Shown here: in pieces, positions 8,448 through 16,952 of the stretch | Position numbering within the stretch: the stretch's first letter is position 1 | Layout: each line of letters starts with the position of its first letter | IMG/VR virus record: IMGVR_UViG_3300030376_000734 | Span: 1 to 29,380 of that record | Length of the DNA stretch: 29,380 nt | Source of the DNA: a virus | Taxonomy: Duplodnaviria > Caudoviricetes | Reading direction: 5' to 3' (one strand) | Notes under the pieces: model-generated | What the model saw: only the letters and a program-made list of their open reading frames with translations | What the model was told of the DNA's origin: nothing | Databases searched by the model: none | Made by a program: the position numbers and the translations under genes

Positions 8448-9171
8448 TAGATACAGATTAAAGCCACACGAGATAGAGCTTATTAAAGAAAGTAGGGCAA
8501 AAAACGAGAGGAGAAAATTGATCATACCAGATCTTCACGCTCCTTTCGTTGAGCCTGGTTTTTTTGAGCATTGTAAGGCTATGTATCGTAAGTGGAATTG
8601 TAATTCTGTTCACTTCACAGGTGATTTACTCGATAACTCATTTTCAAGTTTTCACGAGATAACGCCTGATGGCAAAAGTGCTGGAGATGAACTTGCGCTA
8701 GCCATTGAACAGATTAAGCCCTTTTGGGAAGAATGGAACGAGGCAACTGTTTGTATAGGCAATCACGATGCTATAATTTCTAGGAAACTTGTTTCTTCTG
8801 GACTATCACAGGCTTGGTTAAAAGACTTTAACGATGTTTTAGGTACTCCAGGTTGGATATGGAAAGACAAATTTGTTGAAGATGGTGTTATGTATATTCA
8901 CGGCACAGGAAGTTCAGGACGTAATGGGGCTATTAATAGAGCTATAAATTGGAACACAAAAATATGTCAGGGGCATATACATACAGAGTCTAGTATAATC
9001 TATCACGCTAATAAAGACAGTCTGTTATGGTCTATGCAATTAGGTGCAGCTTTTGACGTAAACAGTTATGCTGCAAACTATGCAAAAAACTTTACCAAAA
9101 AACCTATAATTGCTGTGGGTATAATAATTGACAATGGGCGTTTACCTATACTAGAGCCAATGCCCTTATGA
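8410..9171 (+). CDS. Calcineurin-like metallophosphoesterase
   Basis: DLH, GDLLD, GNHD, HG and GHIH motifs; the true start may be TTG 8431. Confidence 0.85.
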   Translation: MDNHLQILESPNNRYRLKPHEIELIKESRAKNERRKLIIPDLHAPFVEPGFFEHCKAMYRKWNCNSVHFTGDLLDNSFSSFHEITPDGKSAGDELALAIEQIKPFWEEWNEATVCIGNHDAIISRKLVSSGLSQAWLKDFNDVLGTPGWIWKDKFVEDGVMYIHGTGSSGRNGAINRAINWNTKICQGHIHTESSIIYHANKDSLLWSMQLGAAFDVNSYAANYAKNFTKKPIIAVGIIIDNGRLPILEPMPL

Positions 9172-9245
9172 AGATAAGCGACTCCACTAAACTATCTCTT
9201 TTTTACTTTCTTTTAATTGTATTGGTTTTATTGCTTAGTTTATAG
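9168..9245 (+). CDS. 25-aa single-pass membrane peptide
   Basis: MKISDSTKLSLFYFLLIVLVLLLSL; ATGA overlap with the upstream stop. Confidence 0.5.
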   Translation: MKISDSTKLSLFYFLLIVLVLLLSL

Positions 9246-9332
9246 CACCATACAGCCGTTTTAAGCACTTTATTTTCTTTTTAATACCTATATACTAGAC
9301 AGCACCTAAAGTTGCTTATCTAGCAAAAACAC

Positions 9333-9356
9333 TATTAACACTTAAATTGTTAATAA
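9333..9356. promoter_or_regulatory. Inverted repeat TATTAACA-N7-TGTTAATA (operator or DnaA-box-like pair)
   Basis: Perfect 8-bp inverted repeat just upstream of the early promoter. Confidence 0.5.
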
Positions 9357-9368
9357 CTTTGTAAGTAA

Positions 9369-9401
9369 TTTGGTTAATATCGTTTAATTTTTATATCTTT
9401 G
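9369..9401 (+). promoter_or_regulatory. Bacteroidota primary-sigma promoter (early operon)
   Basis: TTTG (9369-9372), 21-nt spacer, TATCTTTG (9394-9401): the established -33/-7 consensus, in the largest intergenic gap. Confidence 0.85.
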
Positions 9402-9436
9402 CCCTGTCAATCAAAGTTAAATTAAATAAAACTAAA

Positions 9437-9667
9437 ATGTTAATCACAAACAAAAACACAGGTTCTAGCTTTAACCTAAGTCCTAAAGAAACAGCAGATT
9501 TCTTTTATACTAAAAATGCTAAAGGCAAATACATTAATAGTAGACAAGATTATACTATTAAAGATAATAAAAAAGAAATAAGCGATATGAAATTCTTTTT
9601 AGCTATTATAGGTTTACTTGCCCTGTCTTATGCTTCATTCTATTTATTCTTACAATTCAATTACTAA
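9437..9667 (+). CDS. First early gene, C-terminal transmembrane helix
   Basis: 76 aa ending FFLAIIGLLALSYASFYLFL. Confidence 0.7.
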   Translation: MLITNKNTGSSFNLSPKETADFFYTKNAKGKYINSRQDYTIKDNKKEISDMKFFLAIIGLLALSYASFYLFLQFNY

Positions 9668-9668
9668 T

Positions 9669-9956
9669 ATGGAGTTAATTTGCGAAGATTTCCATTTTTA
9701 TAATAATGGAATAATTTATAAAAACATTAGAACTTTATCACCACAAGGCTGGTTTGCTGACTTAGACAAAGTAGAGCCAAGTATTAGAATTTTTGGAACA
9801 AGAGATCAGATAGAAGAAGCCCTTGACACTTATATTGAAATGACAGGACTTAATCTTGATGAGTGTTTTAATTATGACAATGAAGAAGGGTTAAAGTTTT
9901 ATAAAAAAGAATACAAAAAACTAAATAATAACAAAGCATTAATAGCAACGATATGA
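9669..9956 (+). CDS. Hypothetical protein
   Basis: In frame with the track ORF 9618-9956; ATG 9669 follows the upstream stop. Confidence 0.7.
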   Translation: MELICEDFHFYNNGIIYKNIRTLSPQGWFADLDKVEPSIRIFGTRDQIEEALDTYIEMTGLNLDECFNYDNEEGLKFYKKEYKKLNNNKALIATI

Positions 9957-10441
9957 AAAAACTAGAAGATTTAACTAAAAACCTACATAAGGAAATACCT
10001 TATAAATGGAGAATACAATCAATTCAGTATAATAAAGCAACCTGTGTAGCTTATATAGATGCTAGGGATTGTATGGATATGCTTGATAAAGTAGTAGGAG
10101 CTGAGAATTGGCAAAGTATGTATTATACAGAAGATAATAAATTATTTTGTAGAATAGGTATTAAAGCAGGGCTAACTGATTGGGTATGGAAATCAGACAC
10201 AGGATCAGAATCTAATGTAGAAAAAGAAAAAGGTAAAGTGTCAGATGCTTTTAAAAGAGCTTGTGTTCAATGGGGAATAGGTAGGTTTTTATATCGACTT
10301 CCTATACAAAAGCTACAAACTAAAAAACATACTAACGGAAAAGAGTACGCTTATTCTCCTGAAAAAGATATGATAATATTTGATGGAGAAACTTTAACAA
10401 AGTATATAAATTGGAAACTTAATAATAATCAAAATAAATAA
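9953..10441 (+). CDS. sak: Rad52/Sak-family single-strand annealing recombinase
   Basis: AYIDARD..D.LD.VVG.ENWQ and KGKVSDAFKRACVQWGIGRFLY. Confidence 0.85.
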   Translation: MKKLEDLTKNLHKEIPYKWRIQSIQYNKATCVAYIDARDCMDMLDKVVGAENWQSMYYTEDNKLFCRIGIKAGLTDWVWKSDTGSESNVEKEKGKVSDAFKRACVQWGIGRFLYRLPIQKLQTKKHTNGKEYAYSPEKDMIIFDGETLTKYINWKLNNNQNK

Positions 10442-10446
10442 AAAAA

Positions 10447-10776
10447 ATGGAAGTAAAAGGAAAACTAATTAAGAAGCTTCAAGCAGAAGCAGGAACATCT
10501 AAAGCAGGAAAGGCTTGGGAAAAACAAACAGTTGTAATAGATACAGGAAACGATTTTAACAATCTTGTAGCTGTCAGCGCATTTGGTGAAGATAAGATTA
10601 AACACTTAAATAAGCTAGAAGAAGGAATGACAGTAGCAATTTTGTGTAATGTTTATTCAAGAGAATACAACGGAAAATTCTATCACAATATAGATGGTTA
10701 TCATTTTACAAATCAAAGTAATGCTAAAGGTGGTGATGATTTTGTTACTCCTGATGATAACGATATGCCATTTTAA
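10447..10776 (+). CDS. SSB-like protein (DUF3127 family)
   Basis: GTSKAGKAWEKQ, SREYNGKFY and acidic DDNDMPF tail; follows the recombinase. Confidence 0.8.
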   Translation: MEVKGKLIKKLQAEAGTSKAGKAWEKQTVVIDTGNDFNNLVAVSAFGEDKIKHLNKLEEGMTVAILCNVYSREYNGKFYHNIDGYHFTNQSNAKGGDDFVTPDDNDMPF

Positions 10777-10777
10777 A

Positions 10778-11287
10778 ATGATAGCACAAGATAACTTTAA
10801 AACATTATGTGATTTAACTACGAGTTTAGTGGGATTGCGCAAAGGCTCACTATCTTATAAAAGTAGGGCGCAAAAATATCAAGTGCCAAGAAGTGTTGCT
10901 GCTGTGGTAGCAAGAATGGTTGATGACATTCACCCTACTGTGATTGCTAAAGAGATTAAAAGAGATAGGGTTTCTGTTTATCATTATGAAAGAACCCATA
11001 ACTCTAACTATAAATCTTTTCCAAAGTATAGAGAAATATTTAATAAAGTCTTTAATGCTTACAGTAATATAAAAGGATCAAAAAAGACATTTGCTGATTT
11101 AGAGCATTTAAGACAGCACTTAAAGGACAATGGGGTTGTTAGTAGTGATAAACACCAAACTACTCTTAGAATAAGCTCAGGAAGGGTAGAGGTTGATATT
11201 AAAGTTTCTTACAAGGATTTTTACAATCAATTAGAAAAGTGTAAGTTTGCCTTGACAGATTGCAACTACAACTTAGAGATCATCTAA
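10778..11287 (+). CDS. Protein with DnaA domain IV-like DNA-binding domain
   Basis: KSRAQKYQVPRSVAAVVAR...IAKEIKRDRVSVYHY parallels DnaA C-terminal SR....V..RQ.AMYL...IG....RDH.TV.H; likely start ATG 10778. Confidence 0.6.
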   Translation: MIAQDNFKTLCDLTTSLVGLRKGSLSYKSRAQKYQVPRSVAAVVARMVDDIHPTVIAKEIKRDRVSVYHYERTHNSNYKSFPKYREIFNKVFNAYSNIKGSKKTFADLEHLRQHLKDNGVVSSDKHQTTLRISSGRVEVDIKVSYKDFYNQLEKCKFALTDCNYNLEII

Positions 11288-11910
11288 TGACTAAACCAAA
11301 CTATTATGCAGTTATTCCTGCTGACGTAAGATACAGTAAAAAGCTAACACCAAATGCTAAATTACTATATGCAGAAATAACTGCTTTATGCAATATGAAT
11401 GGTAAATGCACAGCTTCTACTCAATACTTTTGTAAACTCTATGAAGTAAGCAGGGGATCAATTCAAAATTGGTTAAAAATGCTTGAAGATAATAACTATA
11501 TACAACGTGACGTTATATTTAGACAAGGTAGTAAAGAAATTTTGACAAGGTACATTAAATTAAAAGACAACCCTAGTCTAAAAAATTATACAGATAATAC
11601 TAATATAAATATAACTAATACTAATCTTACAGATAGTAATAAAAAAGGGCGCTTTAAAAAACCAACTTTAGATGATGTTAAAAATTATTGTATCTTACGC
11701 AATAACAATATAGATGCAGAAGCATTTATTGATTTTTACGAATCTAAGAATTGGCAAATAGGCAAAAACAAAATGAAAGATTGGAAAGCCTGTGTTAGAA
11801 CTTGGGAACGTAGGGAGGCAAAAAAGCCTCAGACAATGAGCAAGATTCATCAGCATTTGCAAAAAAATATAAACGTAAAAGAAAAACTTTTAAAACAATT
11901 TAAAAAATGA
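11287..11910 (+). CDS. Replication initiator (replisome organiser) with N-terminal HTH
   Basis: YYAVIPADVRY..LTPNAKLLY N-terminus, low-complexity linker, and FKKPT...FIDFYESKNW.IGKNKMKDWKA C-terminus. Confidence 0.8.
   Translation: MTKPNYYAVIPADVRYSKKLTPNAKLLYAEITALCNMNGKCTASTQYFCKLYEVSRGSIQNWLKMLEDNNYIQRDVIFRQGSKEILTRYIKLKDNPSLKNYTDNTNINITNTNLTDSNKKGRFKKPTLDDVKNYCILRNNNIDAEAFIDFYESKNWQIGKNKMKDWKACVRTWERREAKKPQTMSKIHQHLQKNINVKEKLLKQFKK
11519..11646. repeat. Putative replication origin: 22-bp-period iterons plus AT-rich tract
   Basis: GACAAGGTA at 11522 and 11544, GACAACCCTA at 11566, then an AT-rich stretch with TACAGATA and TAATACTAAT each twice. Confidence 0.55.
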
Positions 11911-12275
11911 AATTAATTAAAACAATGTCAAACGAAGATTTACTAATAAGTTCAGTAGATCTTGTAAGCAATACCTATATAGGGCTTGGTCAAAATAATG
12001 TTGAAGAAGATACTATAATGGTAATGGCTCAAAATTTAGCTAAAGATTTAAAAAGAATTTATAAAAACTTTTATATTGAAGATGCAAATAATGCTTTTTA
12101 TGAAGGTATAAGAATGGAAACTAAATCAGACTTTATTCATTTTAATATACCAATTTATATTAGATGGTTAAAAAGCTATAAAGATTTAGTATGGGAAGCT
12201 AGAGCAAGAGTTGATAGTGGAGAAAACCCTAAGGAAGTTCCTCATTATAGACCAGAACCAAAACTATTAAAATAA
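11907..12275 (+). CDS. Hypothetical protein (position of a helicase loader)
   Basis: 122 aa, ATGA-coupled to the initiator; function from position only. Confidence 0.6.
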   Translation: MKLIKTMSNEDLLISSVDLVSNTYIGLGQNNVEEDTIMVMAQNLAKDLKRIYKNFYIEDANNAFYEGIRMETKSDFIHFNIPIYIRWLKSYKDLVWEARARVDSGENPKEVPHYRPEPKLLK

Positions 12276-12286
12276 AAACTATTAAA

Positions 12287-12502
12287 ATGAAAAAAGAAGA
12301 AACAGCTCCATTACAATTACTATTAAATGCACTTGAAGTAAATAGAAATAATTTTGAAAAGATATGTTGGCAGGAAGAATTTATAAATTATATAGAAAAA
12401 AATAATATAAAACTATATAAAGAAGCTAGAAAATTTGCAGATGATTTAGAAGCTGATGGATATTTTACAAAAGAAGAAAAGGAAAAATGGGGAATGAAAT
12501 GA
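12287..12502 (+). CDS. Hypothetical protein
   Basis: 71-aa ORF within the operon. Confidence 0.65.
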   Translation: MKKEETAPLQLLLNALEVNRNNFEKICWQEEFINYIEKNNIKLYKEARKFADDLEADGYFTKEEKEKWGMK

Positions 12503-12558
12503 TAGGGTGGGTAATAATAACAGGAATTTTAATGTATATTTATAGAGAACTAAAATGA
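12499..12558 (+). CDS. 19-aa hydrophobic peptide
   Basis: MIGWVIITGILMYIYRELK; ATGA overlaps at both ends. Confidence 0.55.
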   Translation: MIGWVIITGILMYIYRELK

Positions 12559-12866
12559 AAACAAAAGAAACTATTAAAAAAATATTACTACAAAAACCTC
12601 ATTTAAGGGATAATGACAATAAACTAATTGCAGCTTATTGGTTTAGAGAATTAAGAAACAAAGGCATAGAATCTGATACTATTACAGCTTTAGATTTTTT
12701 ACATAAATACGCTGACAATGAATTAACTAACGCTGAATCAATTAGGAGAATGAGGGCAAAGTTACAAGAAGAAAACCCAACCCTAAGAGGTAGAGCTTAT
12801 GCAATTAGAAAAGGTAAAATACAGGATCAATGGCGGCAAGACTTAGGATATGAAAACAATAAGTAA
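12555..12866 (+). CDS. Hypothetical protein
   Basis: 103-aa ORF (LRDNDNKL, ESIRRMRAKLQE). Confidence 0.7.
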   Translation: MKTKETIKKILLQKPHLRDNDNKLIAAYWFRELRNKGIESDTITALDFLHKYADNELTNAESIRRMRAKLQEENPTLRGRAYAIRKGKIQDQWRQDLGYENNK

Positions 12867-13254
12867 ATTAAAAAAAGAATTAGACAAGTGGTTCAGTCTT
12901 TACATAAGGCTTAGGGATTCTGAAAATGGTTTGTGTCAATGCGCAACTTGCTCTAAGGTTTCTTATTACAAATCAGGTATGCAGTGTGGGCATTTTCAAT
13001 CAAGACGTTTTATGGCAACTCGGTATGATGAACAAAATTGTGCGCCACAATGTGTAGCCTGTAATATGTTTCGTGGGGGTGAGCAGTATCTCTTTGCCTT
13101 AGCTATTGATGCAAAGTATGGAGAAGGAACTGCTGAAGAACTGCAATATAAAGCAAGACAAATTCAAAAGTTTTCAAGAGTAGATTATGAAGATAAAATA
13201 AGTTATTACAAAGACGCTGTTAAAAACTTAAAAATAGAAAAAGGAATAGAGTGA
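12850..13254 (+). CDS. NinG/Rap-like recombination endonuclease
   Basis: FSLYIRLRD, C.TC, CGHFQSR and RYDEQNC..QC..CN. Confidence 0.8.
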   Translation: MKTISKLKKELDKWFSLYIRLRDSENGLCQCATCSKVSYYKSGMQCGHFQSRRFMATRYDEQNCAPQCVACNMFRGGEQYLFALAIDAKYGEGTAEELQYKARQIQKFSRVDYEDKISYYKDAVKNLKIEKGIE

Positions 13255-13256
13255 CT

Positions 13257-13271
13257 TTTTTTATATCTTTG
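13257..13271 (+). promoter_or_regulatory. Host-type -7 promoter element
   Basis: TTTTTATATCTTTG is identical to the core of the early promoter; no clear -33 TTTG; ATG follows after 4 nt. Confidence 0.6.
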
Positions 13272-13275
13272 ACGT

Positions 13276-13632
13276 ATGCACAATCCAATTTATTCAAGTC
13301 AAGAGCATAAGCTGATAATTGAATCGTATATGACAATGTGCAAACAGTTCGCCCAAGAAGTTTCAACACAAGCAAGATACCACAATTACCTAGAGGTTAT
13401 AGATCTCATTACAGAGTATTCTAACGGCTATGGTGACGGTGTAAGGGAAAATAATTTTTATGATTGGATAATGATTATACCTATAAATTTATCAGTTGCA
13501 ACAGCAGGGTTTTTTGCAGGGATAGAAACAAAAACAAATGCTCCTGTTGTGAGAGCTTACAAGGTTGTGTTGGATCAGATGTTACAAGAAACAGTAGGTA
13601 AGTTAGATGAATTAGAACCGACTAATGACTGA
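13276..13632 (+). CDS. Hypothetical protein
   Basis: 118-aa ORF overlapping the sigma-like gene. Confidence 0.7.
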   Translation: MHNPIYSSQEHKLIIESYMTMCKQFAQEVSTQARYHNYLEVIDLITEYSNGYGDGVRENNFYDWIMIIPINLSVATAGFFAGIETKTNAPVVRAYKVVLDQMLQETVGKLDELEPTND

Positions 13633-14209
13633 AATCTATATTGAAATATCTAAGCTAACAGATAAATTTAGAACAATGGCTTATGGATTAACAACAGATG
13701 AAAACAAAGTAAATGAAGCAGTACAGGAATTACTCTTGTATCTACTCCAAGCAAACCCTGAAACTATTAAAAAAATATATGATAATGATGGTTTAGAAGG
13801 AATAACAAGGTATGGTGCAGTTGCTTTGAGAAGGGCGTTAAGAAGTAAAAGAAGTAATTTCTATTATAAGTATGAAAAGTATTATACACATATTGACAGC
13901 TTTAATAGTAACGTCAGTTACTCTAGCAATAATCTTGATTATGACTGGAATACTAATTATTATAAAAATATTTCTAATCTTCCGAATGAAGAAGTAGATA
14001 CTTACAAAATAGATAAGTTGGAATTAATTGACCAGAAGTTGGACAAGCTGGACTCTTGGTACGATAGGGAGTTATTTAAACTTTATTATTATGAAGGGAA
14101 TACGCTAGATTCACTCGCTGCTAAAACTAAGATAAGTAGAAATAGCTTATTTACAACAATAGATAAAGTAAGAACAATTTTAAAAAAAGAATTGAATGAA
14201 GATGTATGA
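13625..14209 (+). CDS. Sigma-70/ECF-like transcription factor
   Basis: Region-2-like AYGLT.D....EAVQELLL and region-4-like LDKL..YDRELFKLYYYEG.TL..LA..TKISRNSL...I.KVR..LK. Confidence 0.7.
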   Translation: MTEIYIEISKLTDKFRTMAYGLTTDENKVNEAVQELLLYLLQANPETIKKIYDNDGLEGITRYGAVALRRALRSKRSNFYYKYEKYYTHIDSFNSNVSYSSNNLDYDWNTNYYKNISNLPNEEVDTYKIDKLELIDQKLDKLDSWYDRELFKLYYYEGNTLDSLAAKTKISRNSLFTTIDKVRTILKKELNEDV

Positions 14210-14339
14210 TCCAGAAAAAAATGACAGCTTTGTAATGCAGTTTGGTTTCAGGGCGCCTGATTGGCAACCTAAAACAGTAAATAACTATATAAAAAAAGAA
14301 GATAGAAAAAATGATAGTAATTTGGCCAAATTAAAATGA
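14196..14339 (+). CDS. Small hypothetical protein (47 aa)
   Basis: MKMYDPEKNDSFVMQFGF...; fills the gap and is ATGA-coupled to 14336. Confidence 0.5.
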   Translation: MKMYDPEKNDSFVMQFGFRAPDWQPKTVNNYIKKEDRKNDSNLAKLK

Positions 14340-14737
14340 ATAGGTTTTTCGTTCCTAATGAAGTTTATGAAGATAGGATAGCAATATGCAAAGAATGTGT
14401 TTACTATTTTAAACCCACAGGAACTTGCAAGGATTGCGGTTGCTTTATGAAGATCAAAGCACGATTAGCGCCAATGGCTTGTAGTCAAAAAAAGTGGCAA
14501 AAGACTACCGAGATAGAAACGCCTGATGATTTACCACAAGAAATAATAGATGAAATATTAGATATGTGGAAAGACTTAAAAACAGGAAGGGCTAAAAATG
14601 TACAAGCAAAAAAAAGAATGATAGAAACTTACAATACTATCTATATGACAAATTATTCAACAGGAACTAATTGCGGTTCTTGCTTGTCTACTTGTTTTGA
14701 TGGCATTAAAAAACTATATAAAAAATACAGCGAATGA
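14336..14737 (+). CDS. Cys-rich putative metal-binding protein
   Basis: RIAICKEC, TCKDCGCF, C...KW and a C-terminal CGSC. Confidence 0.7.
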   Translation: MNRFFVPNEVYEDRIAICKECVYYFKPTGTCKDCGCFMKIKARLAPMACSQKKWQKTTEIETPDDLPQEIIDEILDMWKDLKTGRAKNVQAKKRMIETYNTIYMTNYSTGTNCGSCLSTCFDGIKKLYKKYSE

Positions 14738-14949
14738 GTTATTTAACGCACTTAAAAAGAAACAAGCATCATTATTCAAGCAGATGGATTGTAAAGTATG
14801 ATGATGATAATTTAGTAAGGGAAGTAAAACTAATATTCAATCCTGAAGAATATAGGAAGTTTAAAAGACCAAGAACATTAAATACACAAGAAGGACTAAT
14901 TAAAATTTTAGAAAATGACAAAGAAAGAAGATTACAAAACGAATCCTGA
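14734..14949 (+). CDS. Hypothetical protein
   Basis: 71 aa, ATGA overlap. Confidence 0.6.
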   Translation: MSYLTHLKRNKHHYSSRWIVKYDDDNLVREVKLIFNPEEYRKFKRPRTLNTQEGLIKILENDKERRLQNES

Positions 14950-15178
14950 ACCGCATTACTACACAGGAACAAAATATGGTTATTCTGCAAGATGTGTTGT
15001 AGAGGACTTTGATTTAAGTTATAATTGTGGCACAGCAGTATCATATCTTTTAAGAGCTGGTAAAAAAGAAGGCAACCCAGCACAACAAGATATTCAAAAA
15101 GCTATTAACCATTTACATTTTGAGCTTGACAAATTATATAAAGAAAATGAAATAAAAACAGGACAGTTAGTAGAATGA
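14915..15178 (+). CDS. DUF3310-like protein
   Basis: P.HYY, G.AVSYLLRAGKK and QDIQKAI.HL. Confidence 0.75.
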   Translation: MTKKEDYKTNPEPHYYTGTKYGYSARCVVEDFDLSYNCGTAVSYLLRAGKKEGNPAQQDIQKAINHLHFELDKLYKENEIKTGQLVE

Positions 15179-15429
15179 CACTATACAAATGCCCTTGTGG
15201 CGAACAAGAAAAAGAAGTAGCAAGAGCAAAAATCATTTATAGAGAAAATAAGTGGGTTGCTGATGTTGTCTGTGAATGCGGCAAGTATATGGATAGTGAG
15301 CCAGAAGAAGGTATGCCACAAATAAAAAGAACTGAGGCATCTTTAAGCAAAAAGAAAAGACACGACAAGTTGTGGGAAGGAGCAAAAGAAAAGCTATGTG
15401 GAGAACGAGGAATCAATGAGGACTTCTAA
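15175..15429 (+). CDS. Small zinc-ribbon-like protein
   Basis: YKCPCG and CECGKYM pairs. Confidence 0.65.
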   Translation: MTLYKCPCGEQEKEVARAKIIYRENKWVADVVCECGKYMDSEPEEGMPQIKRTEASLSKKKRHDKLWEGAKEKLCGERGINEDF

Positions 15430-15812
15430 TGAACTTCGTAATAAACAACAGTCAAGATAAGCAAACGCTTTTTAATTACTTAAAAGAATTAGAAAGTGAC
15501 TATATTGTTAAAGTAAAGAAACAAAGAAACAACAGAAGTAATATGCAGAACAATTACTATTGGGCTTGTATAGTTCAACCATTAGGAGAATCACTTGGTT
15601 ACTTTCCTGATGAAATGCACGATACTTTAAAAGTAAAATTCGCAAGTGAATGGCAAAGTATAGATGTAAACGATAAACAAATAGGACTGCAAACAGTAAA
15701 CAGCACAGCAAGAATGAACACTAAAGAGTTTGAAGTTTATGCAGAACAAATAAGGATATGGGCTTTAACAGAACTAGGCATAAGATTAATGTTGCCCAAT
15801 GAATACGAATAA
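15429..15812 (+). CDS. NinB/YbcN-like recombination protein
   Basis: RS..QNNYYW, EMHD.LK and STA.MNTKEF..Y.EQI. Confidence 0.7.
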   Translation: MNFVINNSQDKQTLFNYLKELESDYIVKVKKQRNNRSNMQNNYYWACIVQPLGESLGYFPDEMHDTLKVKFASEWQSIDVNDKQIGLQTVNSTARMNTKEFEVYAEQIRIWALTELGIRLMLPNEYE

Positions 15813-15813
15813 T

Positions 15814-16635
15814 ATGAATGTATTAAGTTTATTTGATGGAATGAGTTCTGGGCAAATTGCACTTGAAAGAGCAGGTATAGAAGTTGATAATTATTTTGCA
15901 AGTGAAATTGACAAGTATGCAATAGAAGTAACTAAAAACAACTTTCCGAACACAAAGCATATCGGTAGTGTAGTAGATGTTAAGGGTAGTGATTTGCCTA
16001 AAATTGATTTGTTAATTGGTGGTAGTCCTTGTCAGGGGTTCTCAACAGCAGGTAAAGAACTTAATTTTGAAGATTCAAGAAGTAAGTTGTTTTTTGAGTT
16101 TGTAAGACTATTAAAAGAAACAAAACCGAAATATTTTATGCTTGAAAATGTAAGTATGAAAAAAGAGTTTAGAGACATTATTAGTATGTATTTAGGGTGT
16201 CAACCTATATTTATCAATTCATCAAAACTTACAGCACAAAACAGACCAAGATTTTATTGGACTAATATACCAAATGTAAAAGAACCTGCTGATAAAAATA
16301 TAAAGATAGAGAATGTTTTAGGTATAAAAGGTGTAAGAGTGGGTCAACCGCAACCCTTCCCTAGAGACTATAAGAAACTAGGATTAAAAAGAGTTGAGAG
16401 AATGGAATTTAGAAAAGACAATAAATCAAATTCTATCATAACTAATAGTAGTAAAAATCAAATAGAAACACACGAAGGATATAGGAAACTAACACCTTTA
16501 GAATGTGAGAGACTGCAAACAGTACCTTTAAATTATACGCTAGGAGTAAGTAATACACAAAGATACAAGATGTTAGGTAATGGTTGGACAGTAGATGTAG
16601 TGGCTCATATATTTAATAACTTAAAAACAAATTAG
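15814..16635 (+). CDS. DNA (cytosine-5)-methyltransferase, orphan
   Basis: Motifs I (LSLFDG), IV (GGSPCQ), VI (LENV), VIII (QNRPR) and X (LGNGW); likely start ATG 15814. Confidence 0.92.
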   Translation: MNVLSLFDGMSSGQIALERAGIEVDNYFASEIDKYAIEVTKNNFPNTKHIGSVVDVKGSDLPKIDLLIGGSPCQGFSTAGKELNFEDSRSKLFFEFVRLLKETKPKYFMLENVSMKKEFRDIISMYLGCQPIFINSSKLTAQNRPRFYWTNIPNVKEPADKNIKIENVLGIKGVRVGQPQPFPRDYKKLGLKRVERMEFRKDNKSNSIITNSSKNQIETHEGYRKLTPLECERLQTVPLNYTLGVSNTQRYKMLGNGWTVDVVAHIFNNLKTN

Positions 16636-16652
16636 ATTAATTTCTATTATAT
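16624..16652 (+). promoter_or_regulatory. Putative phage late promoter for terminase operon
   Basis: TTCTATTATAT at 16642-16652 with an A-rich upstream element. Confidence 0.65.
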
Positions 16653-16685
16653 AGTATAGAATTGAATAATCAATCTTTTTCAATT

Positions 16686-16952
16686 ATGGATAAAAGAATA
16701 AACAACGGAGGAGCAAGACAAGGCGCAGGGCGTAAGTCTAAGGCAGCAGAACAAAAGTTAATAGAGAACTTAACACCTATGAATGAAATGGCTTTAAAGT
16801 CTTTAGAACAAGGTTTAGAGAAAAAGGAACAATGGGCGGTTAAATTGTTTTTTGAATACTTTTATGGTAAACCACAACAAAGAGTAGATGTTACCTCAAA
16901 TGAGGAAAGTATTAATATGCCTTTAATAAACTTTGTAAAAACTGAATCTTAA
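16686..16952 (+). CDS. terS: Terminase small subunit
   Basis: NNGGARQGAGRK motif, small size, directly upstream of terL; likely start ATG 16686. Confidence 0.7.
   Translation: MDKRINNGGARQGAGRKSKAAEQKLIENLTPMNEMALKSLEQGLEKKEQWAVKLFFEYFYGKPQQRVDVTSNEESINMPLINFVKTES

Noticed and set aside
13859-13868. TTCTATTATA inside the sigma-like gene
   Set aside because: Within coding sequence (F-Y-Y), lacks the upstream CAAAT element, and can arise by chance in AT-rich DNA.
15814-16635. Complete restriction-modification system
   Set aside because: No adjacent endonuclease; orphan methyltransferases are common in phages, and its target cannot be read from sequence.
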